Below, one piece after another: positions 27,654 through 41,701 of a DNA stretch of 64,000 nucleotides. This DNA comes from Escherichia phage mistaenkt: the sequence record MN850587.1; one strand, given 5' to 3'. Numbering within the stretch: the stretch's first letter is position 1; every line of letters begins with the position of its first letter. Made by a program: the position numbers and the translations under genes. The notes beneath the pieces were generated by a model. That model saw nothing but the letters and a program-made list of their open reading frames with translations, ran no database searches and had not been told where the DNA came from.

Positions 27654-27968
27654 TTAGCCTCCGATAAATTCATAAGTGTACTGATTAGTTGTGCTTGTTG
27701 GAGCAGTACCTGTCACGGTATTAATAAGGTTCCATCCAGCCGATACTAAATCAGGTTGCTCGGTAGCAAAGCTTCTTACTTCGCCTACAATAGCTGTTGT
27801 CCCATTTGCTCTTTCCAACAAATAGTTTAAAATATAGTTATACCATTGACGACCCATTGGTTCGCCACGAAGTAAACCTGTTGCCTGAATCTCAGGAGGT
27901 GGTAACACTTTTAACTGGTTACCATCAGCGTCTACATCATCTGTAGCCCATCTTACTGCATCTGCCAT
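27654..27968 (-). CDS. Tail/baseplate-associated protein (104 aa)
   Basis: ORF track; position only. Confidence 0.4.
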   Translation of the reverse strand: MADAVRWATDDVDADGNQLKVLPPPEIQATGLLRGEPMGRQWYNYILNYLLERANGTTAIVGEVRSFATEQPDLVSAGWNLINTVTGTAPTSTTNQYTYEFIGG

Positions 27969-28825
27969 TATGAACTTCCTTCCTGTTGAGATTTATCTTT
28001 TCTGCCTTTGATGATTTGTGCAACTTCAGCCATTACACCATATTCACCACCTGCAACCGTTTCTTTACCGACAATAAAGTTGTCGTTACTGTTATTCGTT
28101 CTGCTCACATTCATATAATCTTTTGAAGTGCTTCCAGCAGTTCTATCAATTCTGAAATAACCGTCTCTTACACCTGCATCTGCTAAACTACCTAACAAGT
28201 TAGCCTCAAGAGAACCACCTGTGTTATTCGTTACAAGACCTCTGTTGTTATCTGTTACGAACCAGTTATCTTTGTCATCAACGATGGCTAAGGCTGAGTC
28301 AGCAACCTCTACAGGTGTCCAAGCAGTACCATTCAAAGTTACATCTCTTAAGATGACTGCTGAACCAATTGTTGTTGCAGCAATCCTTGAAAGTGTGTAT
28401 GCTGTATCTAGAACGTTATTTCTCGTGTTAACACGAATAACAATACCACCAGTCATCGGTGTGATATGTTCAAATACCTGTGAAAAGGTAGCATTGTAAA
28501 GTGTCATTACGGCATTTTGAAGAAACGCTGGAGTTGTGTCAGAACGTCTTAGGAAAATTTGGATATACAGCATTGCACGATATGAATCGTCATCAGCACC
28601 AAGAGGTCTAGGGACTTTAATCAAAGCCCCGATATTATCTAATTGCTGACCAATAGCTGTACGGATATTACGTTCTGTGTGCATCTGCCAAGTAATATCC
28701 TCTAACAATTGTAACTCATCTGTAATAGATTTCAATAGACTAGTGTAAATAAACTTTTCTTTGAATTGAGTTACAGTTCTTTCATCCAATGTTTTGTAAT
28801 AGACGTCTTCAATCTTTTCAAACAT
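27968..28825 (-). CDS. Baseplate protein (285 aa)
   Basis: Position downstream of the J-like baseplate gene in a Mu/P2-like order; inference. Confidence 0.45.
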   Translation of the reverse strand: MFEKIEDVYYKTLDERTVTQFKEKFIYTSLLKSITDELQLLEDITWQMHTERNIRTAIGQQLDNIGALIKVPRPLGADDDSYRAMLYIQIFLRRSDTTPAFLQNAVMTLYNATFSQVFEHITPMTGGIVIRVNTRNNVLDTAYTLSRIAATTIGSAVILRDVTLNGTAWTPVEVADSALAIVDDKDNWFVTDNNRGLVTNNTGGSLEANLLGSLADAGVRDGYFRIDRTAGSTSKDYMNVSRTNNSNDNFIVGKETVAGGEYGVMAEVAQIIKGRKDKSQQEGSS

Positions 28826-28827
28826 TG

Positions 28828-30296
28828 TTACTCCTTAGTGATAGTGTACTGGCTGCTTTCCCATACCGTATACTGGTCACCATCAACTGTGATTCTTGAA
28901 GTAGTATACTGGTCATCTGTTGGTGGAACTGCTTGGTTATTTGAAAGGGCAACTTTAATCTCATTGATTTCAATTCCCTGAATAACATCATAGATGTATC
29001 CATAGATTCTGTTAGGAATCACGTCATTACCAACTTTCAGAGTTCTACCATAATCGTTAATACCCTGTACAATACTGTCATGGATATCTTCTTCAGGGAT
29101 TGTCAAGCTTTCTTCATCATACAACTCGTAAGTTACCTTAACAAAGACATACTTAGGTGTTGGTCTGCTGAAGTAAACGTTATGAGCCAAACCTCCAAGG
29201 TCGTATGCAGTACCAAAGATGGAACCATAAGCCCTGATACCAGCAGGTTTAGTATCCCAGATAGCTTGAGCAACGTTATCATTCTGACCACCTACAACGA
29301 CAATCTTGAAAGATTTCGGAGGAATACCATCAGAAGTTGTTGTCTCAGTGTCGTTCTCAACACCTGAAGCATCTGAAACACCCTGAACTCTCTTGACAGC
29401 AGCAACGATAGCGTCTAAAGTACCTACACCAGTAACGGTTAAAGACTCTAGGTAACGTTGACGAAGTTCTGTATCAGTTTCTTCATCACGTCCTGTTGTC
29501 AGGTCGTATCTGTTAAATACACTATCAAGACCGTCTACAGTTGTTTCAATTTCAATCAGTGTTCCTGCCAAAGCTGGAATAGCACCAACCTGTTCAGCAA
29601 CTACATCGTGGATTGTAGTAATCTTTGTAAAACTTAAGAAGGTCGTTGCAGTAACAACCATAGGGTTTGTTCTGGCAATAATATCTCCTTCATCTTTATA
29701 GATTCTTAGGGATGAGCCATCATTAATAACCTCAGCTTTAGCAACAATACCACCATTAATAGCATCTGCAAGTTCGTTTAGCAGAGTTGTGATAGTATCC
29801 GAAGAAGTAGGCTGATAAGAGAAAACAACGTTATCAATAATAATAACATAGTTTGCATCAGTACGTAAAGAGTTAACTTCTAAAACTGCTTCAACACAAT
29901 AAGATGGTGTCAAGGTGAATGTAGAAACTGGATAGAAAATATTACCAGCAGTACTTCTCAGTCTTGTTGTTGCAGGAATTGAAGCACCAGTTGTACCAGT
30001 AAATTCAGCCTGTCCTCTTGTAGCCTGAGCGACATATCTGTAGATTGCGTTTAAGGCTGTGATATCATCTAGGTTGAATCCTTCAGCTTTGTCAATAGTG
30101 TTACCATCATAAATCTCAGACAGAACTTCATGGGTATCTGCCAAGGCTCTTGCTACTGATGCTAAGAACAGACCTAACTGGCTGTCTTCAGATACATCAA
30201 GGTTTGGGGAGATATCTCTTAAAAGTCTTGCTTTGATATTATCAAAGATTTCTTGATATCTCAATGTTTGTAATCCTGTTGCGGTTAATCCAGCCA

Positions 30297-30297
<1 letters not shown>
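28828..30297 (-). CDS. Baseplate wedge protein (J-like)
   Basis: 489 aa; size and position; inference from gene order. Confidence 0.5.
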
Positions 30298-33453
<3,156 letters not shown>

Positions 33454-33454
<1 letters not shown>

Positions 33455-35694
33455 TATTCTTCCTCTGGGTAACTTGAGTTAAGAAGGATATCTTCTTGGT
33501 TCTTGTCCATGATATCAACCGTCTTAGTAGCAATCTGCTTACCATCCAGATTGAATGAAACATTCAGAGTCTGTCTAGTCTGCATAGGGAAACCAGAAGG
33601 TGTCATCATCATTGGGGTTTGGTTGAACTTCGTTGCAAAGTTATTTAAAGACTCTGACAAGTTGTTCATGATAATATCCCAATTGGACATTCCATTATCA
33701 ACAAAGCTGCGATTGCCTTGAGCATCTACAGAATATTGTGCAAACTGTAGCTGTCCATTCTGGTCAAAGAACATTGGACGTTTCGGGTTGGTAATGCTTG
33801 CTACGGCATCTTCAAAAGGTTTTGGAAGGTTTACTTCACTGAATCTACCATTATTCTTTCTGTCTGTAGAGCCAGATAGCATTAATGATGAACCAACTGT
33901 ACCAAGAGCCATTCTTGTTGCTGATACTCCTGCAACACCTGCTGCTTCAGATGCGGCTGCTGCACCACCTAAACCAAACTTCTTCATGATTTTTGCAAAG
34001 ATACCTTCTTCAAAGATACTCTTGACAAATGCTACAGTACCGCCAAAGATTTTTGCAACCTTCGTGATAGCGGCAATTGCAACACCAATCATAGCAAAGG
34101 TTGAAACTAGTTCAGCAGAATCCTTGATAAGTTTCTGTTGACTTGCATCCAAATCCTTGTACCATGCCATTGCAGAGTAATATAGTGAAGATGTTCTATA
34201 CATGATATCTGTTACGAAGTCAAGTAAGTTACCAGCACCTTTTAACAGGTAACCAATCACTGTACCGAGTGCTTCAGCAGTACCCATAGAACCTTGTAAG
34301 AACATTGCAATGGATTGTGAAAGCTGTGAAATACCGTCGCTAGAGTTGTTAAACAATGCAACTAACATGTTATCCCACATAGACTTTGCTTGACCCATTG
34401 AGGTAGCTGTCTGCTTAGATACGGCATTCATACCACCTGCTGCCTGTACCAACTCAGCCATCTTTTCAGATACCTTTGGAAGTACATCTTCAGCAAGGAG
34501 TTTACCGTCCTTCATCATCTTATCAAGTTCTTGTGGTGTCTTACCGATAGCGTCAGCAAATAGCTGTACAGCACCTGCCAAACGGTCACCTAACTGACCA
34601 CGGAGTTCTTCAGCCTGAATCTTACCCTTAGAAGCCATCTGCTGGAAAGCAACCATGATACCTTTCAGGTCTTCGTCTGTTGCACCCCTGATACGGGAGA
34701 ACATCGCAGCGTTCTTATAGAACTCCTGAGTTCCTTGGAATCCAAGAGCAGGTTGAGCACCAGCAGCAAAGTTTGCGTATTGCTTCATGGTCGCTGTGTA
34801 GTTCTGTCCAATCTGATGAGCGAACGATGCAGCGAACATTCTAGCTTGCTGTGTATCTGCTCCGAAGATAGCTGTTGAGGCTAACTGTGCAGACTGTCTT
34901 TTAACACCTGCATCAATTGTCTTCTGAGCCAATTCTAAGGCTGCATAAGCTGAAACAAAACCACCAATCATCTGACGTAGAGATGAGTTAGCTCTTTCCT
35001 GAAGCCAAGCTGATTCTCTGACTGACTTGAGTCTAGCATTTTCTGCAATAACCCAACGCTTGGTAACGTCAATGAGCTTCTTGACTTCCATCTCATATTC
35101 ACCGACTTTACCAGTTCCCTTATATTTGTTATAAAGACCTTGCAGGTTTCCTCTGAAGGAAGCTGCCATTTGGTTACCTTGTCCACCAATAGTTTCAAGG
35201 CGACGTGTCAGACCAGAATAGAAGTTGTTGTTAAACATTCTTTCCATCTGTCTCTGAGCAATATCAGGTCTTGGAGGTCTTGGGTTACCACTTCCACCAG
35301 TAGGAGGGAAACCAGTACCACCCTTTCTACCACCACGAACAGTGACTTTTCCATCAACTTTCATAGCGTCTCTTAAAGCTTTATTAATCTCCTTGGCAGT
35401 TTTTCTACCTTGAGTTTCCAGTCTTTTAAGAGATTTTACACCTTGTGAATCAAGGTTAAGGGAGTTGTTGAGTGCTTTATTGATTCTGCCCGAAGCAGTC
35501 TGAGCGTTTTTTACAATTCTGTTTAATGCTTCTTGTGAAGACTTATTAGGTTTCACGTCAAAGGCTTTGTTAATATTACGTTCGATTCGTTGAGCAGACT
35601 GCATAGCCATCTTTTCAACTCTCTGCAAACCTTTAACAACCTTTTCACTGAAACCCAACTCCACAATAAAGCTATCAACTGTATATTGTGCCAT
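33454..35694 (-). CDS. Tail tape measure protein
   Basis: 746 aa, alpha-helical/coiled-coil N-terminal half and Gly/Ala-rich hydrophobic segments; sits after the chaperone pair. Confidence 0.75.
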
Positions 35695-35933
35695 TAAATT
35701 TTACCTGCCCTTCTAAGTTCGTTATAAGCAATTTCTTCTTTGTATGACCTCTGGATTTCTAAATACTGTCGCAGAGATAATAAATCAGAGAAAGTCATTG
35801 AGAAGAGTTGGTCGAGTGTTTCTTTACACCCTTCCATACCGTAAATAGCAAGCACAAATTTCATCTCATCTGCTTCTTCATAAGTTGCTGCTACAGCCCC
35901 ATCAGTCAATGGGGTCTGCATAGCACTACTCAT
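35694..35933 (-). CDS. Tail assembly chaperone, downstream frame (T-like part of a G/GT-type pair)
   Basis: 79-aa ORF in the -1 frame relative to the upstream chaperone ORF; reachable by -1 slip at 35972-35978 with no intervening stop. Confidence 0.5.
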   Translation of the reverse strand: MSSAMQTPLTDGAVAATYEEADEMKFVLAIYGMEGCKETLDQLFSMTFSDLLSLRQYLEIQRSYKEEIAYNELRRAGKI

Positions 35934-35935
35934 GC

Positions 35936-36346
35936 TTACTGAGAAGTTAGGCTTTTGAAAATGCTTGCTTCGAAAAAACTTCCGAAATTAGTCTCCAGAG
36001 CAAATGCTAAGAAGTCAATAAATTCACCGTAGTTTGCTTGGAAGTATTTATCTACGTTTAGAGGGAAGTCATCTACAGTTGCACCTTGGAATAACAGAGC
36101 AGCCATTGAATCAATATCGAGTTCATCAATACGGTCAAAGCAAGCCTCTACTAATTCTTTAAAAGGCACTGCTGTTACACTTTCTTCACCATCTTTCTGC
36201 TCTTTCCCAGATAAACTTGAAAACATCTGAGCAATTGTCGGTACAACAACTTTACCAAGTTTCATCGACATTTTAATACCATCTCTTGCACCTAGCAGGA
36301 CAATATTCACTTTCTTACCATTAATAATTTTTGATTCTGTCTTCAT
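35936..36346 (-). CDS. Tail assembly chaperone (G-like)
   Basis: 136 aa, between tail tube and tape measure; contains slippery heptamer near its 3' end. Confidence 0.55.
   Translation of the reverse strand: MKTESKIINGKKVNIVLLGARDGIKMSMKLGKVVVPTIAQMFSSLSGKEQKDGEESVTAVPFKELVEACFDRIDELDIDSMAALLFQGATVDDFPLNVDKYFQANYGEFIDFLAFALETNFGSFFEASIFKSLTSQ
35972..35978 (-). other. Candidate -1 programmed ribosomal frameshift site (T TTT TTC in frame as agT-TTT-TTC)
   Basis: Heptamer read directly; -1 frame continues without stop into ORF 35694-35933. Confidence 0.5.
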
Positions 36347-36379
36347 TGTGATTCCTTAAATTTCTTAGGTTCTATAAAC

Positions 36380-36411
36380 GAAAAAAGGGAAGACCTTTTA
36401 CAGTCTCCCCC
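36380..36411 (-). terminator. Terminator-like hairpin downstream of the tail tube gene
   Basis: GGGGGAGAC...GTCTTCCC imperfect stem followed on minus strand by TTTTTTCG. Confidence 0.4.
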
Positions 36412-36425
36412 TTATTAGGATGTTC

Positions 36426-36872
36426 TTAAACACTTGACGCAGGAATCGTAGAAGTGTAGTCTAGCTTCTCACAACCAAAAATCCAAGTTTTAGAGTTCTG
36501 GTCACGACCAAGTTCAATCTGTGGCAGTTCCTGCAACCATGCGTTAATACCAGTTGCCAGAACAGAACCAGATGGGTCGTAGATTACGAAGTTAGAAGAG
36601 ATATCTTCTTCAAGTTCCATGTCATCTTGTTTAGCTTGAATCGCAGAAAGCATCTGGTTAGAGAGTGAAGTCTGCATTAGCTCAATCTCAATAGTACCTG
36701 TCTTGTCTGCGTTTCTTGTCAGAGCTACCTGACCACCTGCACCAACAACTGGTGTAACAAGTGGAGAAGTTCTCTGTAGACGTAAGAATGAATCTGGGGC
36801 AAAGCCTTCGATGGCAATACCATTCCAGCTACACACAACGTCTTTAGGGGAATATTGCTGATACATAGCCAT
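36426..36872 (-). CDS. Tail tube protein
   Basis: 148 aa, immediately downstream of the sheath gene; position-based. Confidence 0.55.
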   Translation of the reverse strand: MAMYQQYSPKDVVCSWNGIAIEGFAPDSFLRLQRTSPLVTPVVGAGGQVALTRNADKTGTIEIELMQTSLSNQMLSAIQAKQDDMELEEDISSNFVIYDPSGSVLATGINAWLQELPQIELGRDQNSKTWIFGCEKLDYTSTIPASSV

Positions 36873-36887
36873 TCCAATTTACCTCTA

Positions 36888-38240
36888 TTATTCGTAAGCC
36901 ACTGTACCTTTCAAGTCAACATCCAAGATAGCACCTGCTAAGATACCTGCGAAGGTAACGTCTTTCAGGATACGAGCTTTCTTGTCTGCCAAAGCAACTT
37001 GAGAGGCTTTAGGAACATTAACTGTGTAAGATGACAGGAAGTTTCTGTTAACTGCTCTTTGCAGAGAGGTTTCAATGACCTGACGAATACGGGTAATACC
37101 AGTATCATCATAAGTAATCTTACCACCCTTCTGATTAATTAGCAAGTCTCTCAGAGAAGTTTTCAAGTCAGATTCTAACCAGTCAACACCACGGATGATA
37201 TCAATCCATTCACCACCAGAGGTGATACCTCTACGTACAACTGGAACACCGCCATCAAGGTCGATGAAGTTGCAGTGACGTACATCCAAAGCGGATTTCT
37301 GAATGCTTGTCAGAGGTCTCTGATTAGCTGGCTGAAGAGATGCTTCAATACCAGTCAACTGAGCGTTACCCCAAGCAATTGAACCTGCATCATACGGAGC
37401 ACCATAAGCAATGTAAGCCATTTCTGGGTAGTCATAGCTGGCAGAGTGATGCCACAAGCAAACTGTACGAGTGTACATGCTCTTAGCAAGCTGTGCAGGA
37501 ACATCAGAAGCTGATGCCAGTTCGGTTCCTTGCAGTGCAGCTACATCAGAGTTAGCTGTGAAGAAAATCTTCTTACGAGCCTGAATCTCTGAAGCCATTG
37601 CCAAGACGAACTGTGCAGTTCTGTCTTCAGCAGAAATGAAGTACCAGTCAGTTGAGTACGTTTCAATTGCAGCCAGAGCACTTGCAGCAGTATCAGCAGT
37701 TGTACCAGCGATTGACACAGAACTTGTTGTTGATGTAACTTTTACGAAGTCATTGTCACCAGCTTTTGTAACAATCATGGTTGCAGAGCTACCAGTACCT
37801 GTTACGTTGATATTAACATCATCTTTGATTGTTGGGTCAGCTTCAATCTGGCCTTTAAACTGCGTCAGGACAATCAGAGCAGTGTCATCAGCTTGAGCAG
37901 TGTGTTGGTATGGCTGAGAAACCCCACCACCTACAGCAATCGTCAGAGAGTAATCTGTGCTTTCAGTTACTTCGTCTGGGATTGAGACTGTATACTGCAT
38001 AGCACGTCTACCAATATACAACTGAGTAACCTTTGGAGTTTGGCTCCATAGCTGTTTTGCTGCTTTATATGCAGCAGTGCTTTCATCGAAATCTTCAGCA
38101 ACTTCAGTCAGAGAAGTATAGCCACGAACCCTTTCTTCAAAGTTGTCTGTTGACGCTAAGAATAATGGTAGACCAAAACCTTCTCTCGTAGTTCCTGCGG
38201 TGTTCAATGTAATATCTACATTAACAATTGGATTCCACAT
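36888..38240 (-). CDS. Contractile tail sheath protein
   Basis: 450 aa, followed by a tube-sized gene, chaperone pair and tape measure; position-based. Confidence 0.6.
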   Translation of the reverse strand: MWNPIVNVDITLNTAGTTREGFGLPLFLASTDNFEERVRGYTSLTEVAEDFDESTAAYKAAKQLWSQTPKVTQLYIGRRAMQYTVSIPDEVTESTDYSLTIAVGGGVSQPYQHTAQADDTALIVLTQFKGQIEADPTIKDDVNINVTGTGSSATMIVTKAGDNDFVKVTSTTSSVSIAGTTADTAASALAAIETYSTDWYFISAEDRTAQFVLAMASEIQARKKIFFTANSDVAALQGTELASASDVPAQLAKSMYTRTVCLWHHSASYDYPEMAYIAYGAPYDAGSIAWGNAQLTGIEASLQPANQRPLTSIQKSALDVRHCNFIDLDGGVPVVRRGITSGGEWIDIIRGVDWLESDLKTSLRDLLINQKGGKITYDDTGITRIRQVIETSLQRAVNRNFLSSYTVNVPKASQVALADKKARILKDVTFAGILAGAILDVDLKGTVAYE

Positions 38241-38840
38241 TTATTTTACCCCTTTGGAGTCTACATCTAGATGGATAGTATATTCTGGTGGCTCCTGTCC
38301 TTCCTCATAAACCAACTCACCATCAATGATAACGCGCTCAATAATACCGCCACGTTCATCTTTCAAGACTGAGTTCATTACAAGGGTTACAACAAGAGGT
38401 GCAGAATTTTCGAAATCTGTATTAAGATAAGTGTAATCATTCGGGATAGCTCCAGTATCAAGTACCGTAGCACCTGTCTGTTCAATCAATAAATCCCTTG
38501 TGGAACTCATCTCTAACCTTTGTTTTAGCTCCAGCATAATACTGTGAGCACCTTTACCATTTACAGTAATTAGTACGGGAATCTGAAAAGCAATTCGATA
38601 ACAAACTACATCATCTTCCACGAATTTATCAAGTAGCCAACCATAAGGTGTTGTAGCATCTTGGCAATATACTGTAATGAATGGCTGGTCAGGTTTTAAA
38701 CCTTTATCATTAGAGTTGTCAGAAGGGTAAGCCCTAATAACGTTTGGTCTGTTATTCTTATCACGCGCTAATCGGTGACCAATAACATCTACCAAAGTCC
38801 TAACAATCCCTTTCTCAAGTTCTGATGTTTCTAACTGCAT
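38241..38840 (-). CDS. Virion structural protein (199 aa)
   Basis: Position between capsid and sheath genes. Confidence 0.4.
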   Translation of the reverse strand: MQLETSELEKGIVRTLVDVIGHRLARDKNNRPNVIRAYPSDNSNDKGLKPDQPFITVYCQDATTPYGWLLDKFVEDDVVCYRIAFQIPVLITVNGKGAHSIMLELKQRLEMSSTRDLLIEQTGATVLDTGAIPNDYTYLNTDFENSAPLVVTLVMNSVLKDERGGIIERVIIDGELVYEEGQEPPEYTIHLDVDSKGVK

Positions 38841-39216
38841 TCATTTTATCCCTTCTAATAATGATATATTCATAATGGGATGTGTAAGCTAATTGATTTG
38901 ACCAGTCCATTGTCATAAATACTTCATACTCGTGACCATCAATCATCACAATATCTGATTCAGTCCAATCAACATCGTCAGATGTTCTCAACTTAGCTAC
39001 AGTATAAAGGATTCTGGTATCAGTCAGACGAATACCTTCAGGTAAAACAATCTGTGTACCATTCTTTACAGAACCCTTAATATATGGTTGGATATTACCT
39101 TTGCAGTTAATCTCAACAATGTCTTCTGAAGCTACCCAATCACCATCGTTATTGTAATAACCATCCTCAGATACTTTACGCTTAACTACAAAGCGGTGTC
39201 TGTTTAAGAGTCTCAT
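38815..39216 (-). CDS. Virion structural protein (133 aa)
   Basis: Position. Confidence 0.4.
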   Translation of the reverse strand: MRLLNRHRFVVKRKVSEDGYYNNDGDWVASEDIVEINCKGNIQPYIKGSVKNGTQIVLPEGIRLTDTRILYTVAKLRTSDDVDWTESDIVMIDGHEYEVFMTMDWSNQLAYTSHYEYIIIRRDKMNAVRNIRT

Positions 39217-39695
39217 TTCTTAATACCCTTTTTAGTAGAAATTTTATAAGCAAGTTGGTCTCTTAAATCACCTGTCTCAACAAGAGGTGCGTTAAAACCT
39301 TTTTTCTTGACTGTGGAAGGTGCGTTAGGAGGAAGGATGGCAGTATTACCGAAACCTCTTTTAATTGACTTCTGAGCACTCTTTGCAAATGCTTCCAAAG
39401 TATTTGTGGGGTCTACGTTAAGACTGCTAAGTTGCTTATAGAGATTCTTCTTAGTCTGCTCTAACAAGGTCTGTCTGTTTAGCATCATAGTGATTTCAAA
39501 CAACCTACGATATACTTTACCAGAAGCTGAGGGAACCCCAATAACTTCGTGTAAATACATTAAAGCAGGATAAGAAAAACCAGAGCTATGTTGACCTTGT
39601 TCTTGAAAATACCCAACTTGAGCATTAGCCGTATGCAAGTTCTTCATAGCCCCGACTAATTTAGCTCTCGCGGGGTGAATAACCCTTTTAACCAT
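39213..39695 (-). CDS. Virion structural protein (160 aa)
   Basis: Position. Confidence 0.4.
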   Translation of the reverse strand: MVKRVIHPARAKLVGAMKNLHTANAQVGYFQEQGQHSSGFSYPALMYLHEVIGVPSASGKVYRRLFEITMMLNRQTLLEQTKKNLYKQLSSLNVDPTNTLEAFAKSAQKSIKRGFGNTAILPPNAPSTVKKKGFNAPLVETGDLRDQLAYKISTKKGIKK

Positions 39696-40147
39696 TATTC
39701 ATCTCGCTCGATAATAAATACGCCATTGACATTAGGGCAGAAGTCTCTACCATGATATCTAGCAGCATCGCCATATTCAGTATATTTCTTGACAGAGCAA
39801 GGATTCTGTTGACGCCTGATATCAATATCACACTGACTAATCCCACCCGCATAAGGTAGACCAGACACTGAACTTTTAATCAGGTCGTCGTAGACAGCTT
39901 TTAGAGACTTGAATCTGGAAGAGTTACGTAAGTAAACACCACCAACTTTCTCATCTCCCATCTTGGCTACTTGAAAGAGTAAATATTTAAGAGCTTTGAT
40001 GGCTGCTTTCTTTTCGTCTTTACCAGATTCCACATAGAACCACTCTAGCACCGACTGTTCAATAAGAAGTTCATCGTTATTGGTGTCGGTGCAGAGGATT
40101 CTTACTCTATCAAGAGGGTTATTGGCTGGGTCGCCTGTATAACACAT
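39695..40147 (-). CDS. Virion structural protein (150 aa)
   Basis: Position directly after the capsid gene. Confidence 0.4.
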   Translation of the reverse strand: MCYTGDPANNPLDRVRILCTDTNNDELLIEQSVLEWFYVESGKDEKKAAIKALKYLLFQVAKMGDEKVGGVYLRNSSRFKSLKAVYDDLIKSSVSGLPYAGGISQCDIDIRRQQNPCSVKKYTEYGDAARYHGRDFCPNVNGVFIIERDE

Positions 40148-40168
40148 TTATAACCCTCCTTTCAAGTA

Positions 40169-41281
40169 TTAGTCTTGTGGTGCAGCGTCAGAACGAACGT
40201 CTACCAGCAACTGAGGACGTGTGCAGTATGGCAGCATGTAAGAGTGAGCTTCGAAGTCAATACCTTCGTCACGGTCTTTTTCGTATTCGAATACATACAG
40301 TTCCTGACCAAGAGTATTTGCGTAACCCATCTTCGGACATGGGCCATATGCAACTTCGAAGATGTTGTTAGCTTCACCCAACATAGAAACGTTAGGGAAC
40401 GCATGACCAACACCTACAGTGTTTGCTACGCCGTCGATGCTTACCAGAACGTGAGTCTTACCACGCTTATCTTGGAACTTACCGTTGTACTGAACGAACT
40501 TCACACCACCGTAGTAGAATGTGTTCATGTGAGCCTGAACTCCATCAGTACCACCAGTTCTCAGAGAGCCAGTAATCTGCTGCCAAGCCAGCGGAGTCTG
40601 CTGTGCAAGGTATGCGTCACGAATCTTCGGATGCTTGATAAGCTTGCTGAAGAACAGACGGTCAACAACAATGTGAATTTCTTCACCGTTGATTACAGTA
40701 CCAACTTTAGCTTCATCTTCCATGTGCATACGAAGTTCTTCGATAGCAGCGTCGATATCAGCGTTTGGATTGTCAAGGTCGAAGTAAACAGTCTTCTTCT
40801 CAACGTCGAACTGCTTGAACAGGTCAGCGTACAGAACACCGTTAGCGTCGATTACTTTACCCTTCAGAGCTTGCATGAACAAGAACTCACGAGTAATATC
40901 GAACTTGGTACGAATCTTCATCAGCTTACGAGCACGAACGATAGCTTCAGTAGTCAGTTCGTTTGCAGTGCCTGGCTGACGTACACCCTGAATCTCATCA
41001 GGAGTAATGCTTTCCACTTCCTTGAAGTACATCATTGGGAAGCTAATCTGCTTAACTCTTTCTGGAGCACTCGTCTCAGCTTTACGGCTGGTACGGTCTA
41101 CTGCATCCAGTAAGCTAATGTCAGACTCAGTTAAATCCATCAGGAAAGTAGTCTGAGTAATTGGGGCAGAACGGAAAAGACCCAAACCGGAAATATAACC
41201 GTAAGTATTTGGGATAGACTGGACTTCACCAGTCAGGTCAGCAAGGAAAAATCTGCTTTTTTCAGAATTAGTTAATGCCAT
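40169..41281 (-). CDS. Major capsid protein
   Basis: 370 aa, downstream of protease/scaffold and a small decoration-sized gene; position and size. Confidence 0.65.
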   Translation of the reverse strand: MALTNSEKSRFFLADLTGEVQSIPNTYGYISGLGLFRSAPITQTTFLMDLTESDISLLDAVDRTSRKAETSAPERVKQISFPMMYFKEVESITPDEIQGVRQPGTANELTTEAIVRARKLMKIRTKFDITREFLFMQALKGKVIDANGVLYADLFKQFDVEKKTVYFDLDNPNADIDAAIEELRMHMEDEAKVGTVINGEEIHIVVDRLFFSKLIKHPKIRDAYLAQQTPLAWQQITGSLRTGGTDGVQAHMNTFYYGGVKFVQYNGKFQDKRGKTHVLVSIDGVANTVGVGHAFPNVSMLGEANNIFEVAYGPCPKMGYANTLGQELYVFEYEKDRDEGIDFEAHSYMLPYCTRPQLLVDVRSDAAPQD

Positions 41282-41311
41282 TATAAAATTCTCCAGAATG
41301 TCTTATTGTTA

Positions 41312-41689
41312 TTACAGGCCAGTTGGTACGAAATCAATGCCTTTTGCTTTCAGAGCCGCCTTAACTGCGTCGGCATCAACATCTTCAGCCAGAGTTAAGA
41401 GGTCTTTCAGTTCAGCATCACGGTAGATACCAACAACTTTCAACTGACCGTGGTAAGACAGTTGCAGGTCTGCGTAGAAGTTAACGATGCAAACAGAATC
41501 AGCCTGAGCTTCTTCACCAGTTGCAACTTTGGTTCCATCTGCTTTCAGAACTTCACCTACACGGTATTCTGTAGCAGCGACTGGAGCGTACTCTTTACGA
41601 GAGTGACCTGTTGGTGTAATCTGTTCCCAAAGAATGATATCATTCAGTGGTTCTCTGTTACCTAAGTGAGTAAAACCTTCATATGCCAT
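41312..41689 (-). CDS. Head decoration/accessory protein (125 aa)
   Basis: Position between protease and capsid genes. Confidence 0.4.
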   Translation of the reverse strand: MAYEGFTHLGNREPLNDIILWEQITPTGHSRKEYAPVAATEYRVGEVLKADGTKVATGEEAQADSVCIVNFYADLQLSYHGQLKVVGIYRDAELKDLLTLAEDVDADAVKAALKAKGIDFVPTGL

Positions 41690-41701
41690 TATTTGTGTTC
41701 C

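Noticed and set aside
40175-41113. 312-aa ORF on the plus strand
   Set aside because: Lies entirely antisense to the major capsid gene with odd composition; a typical shadow ORF.
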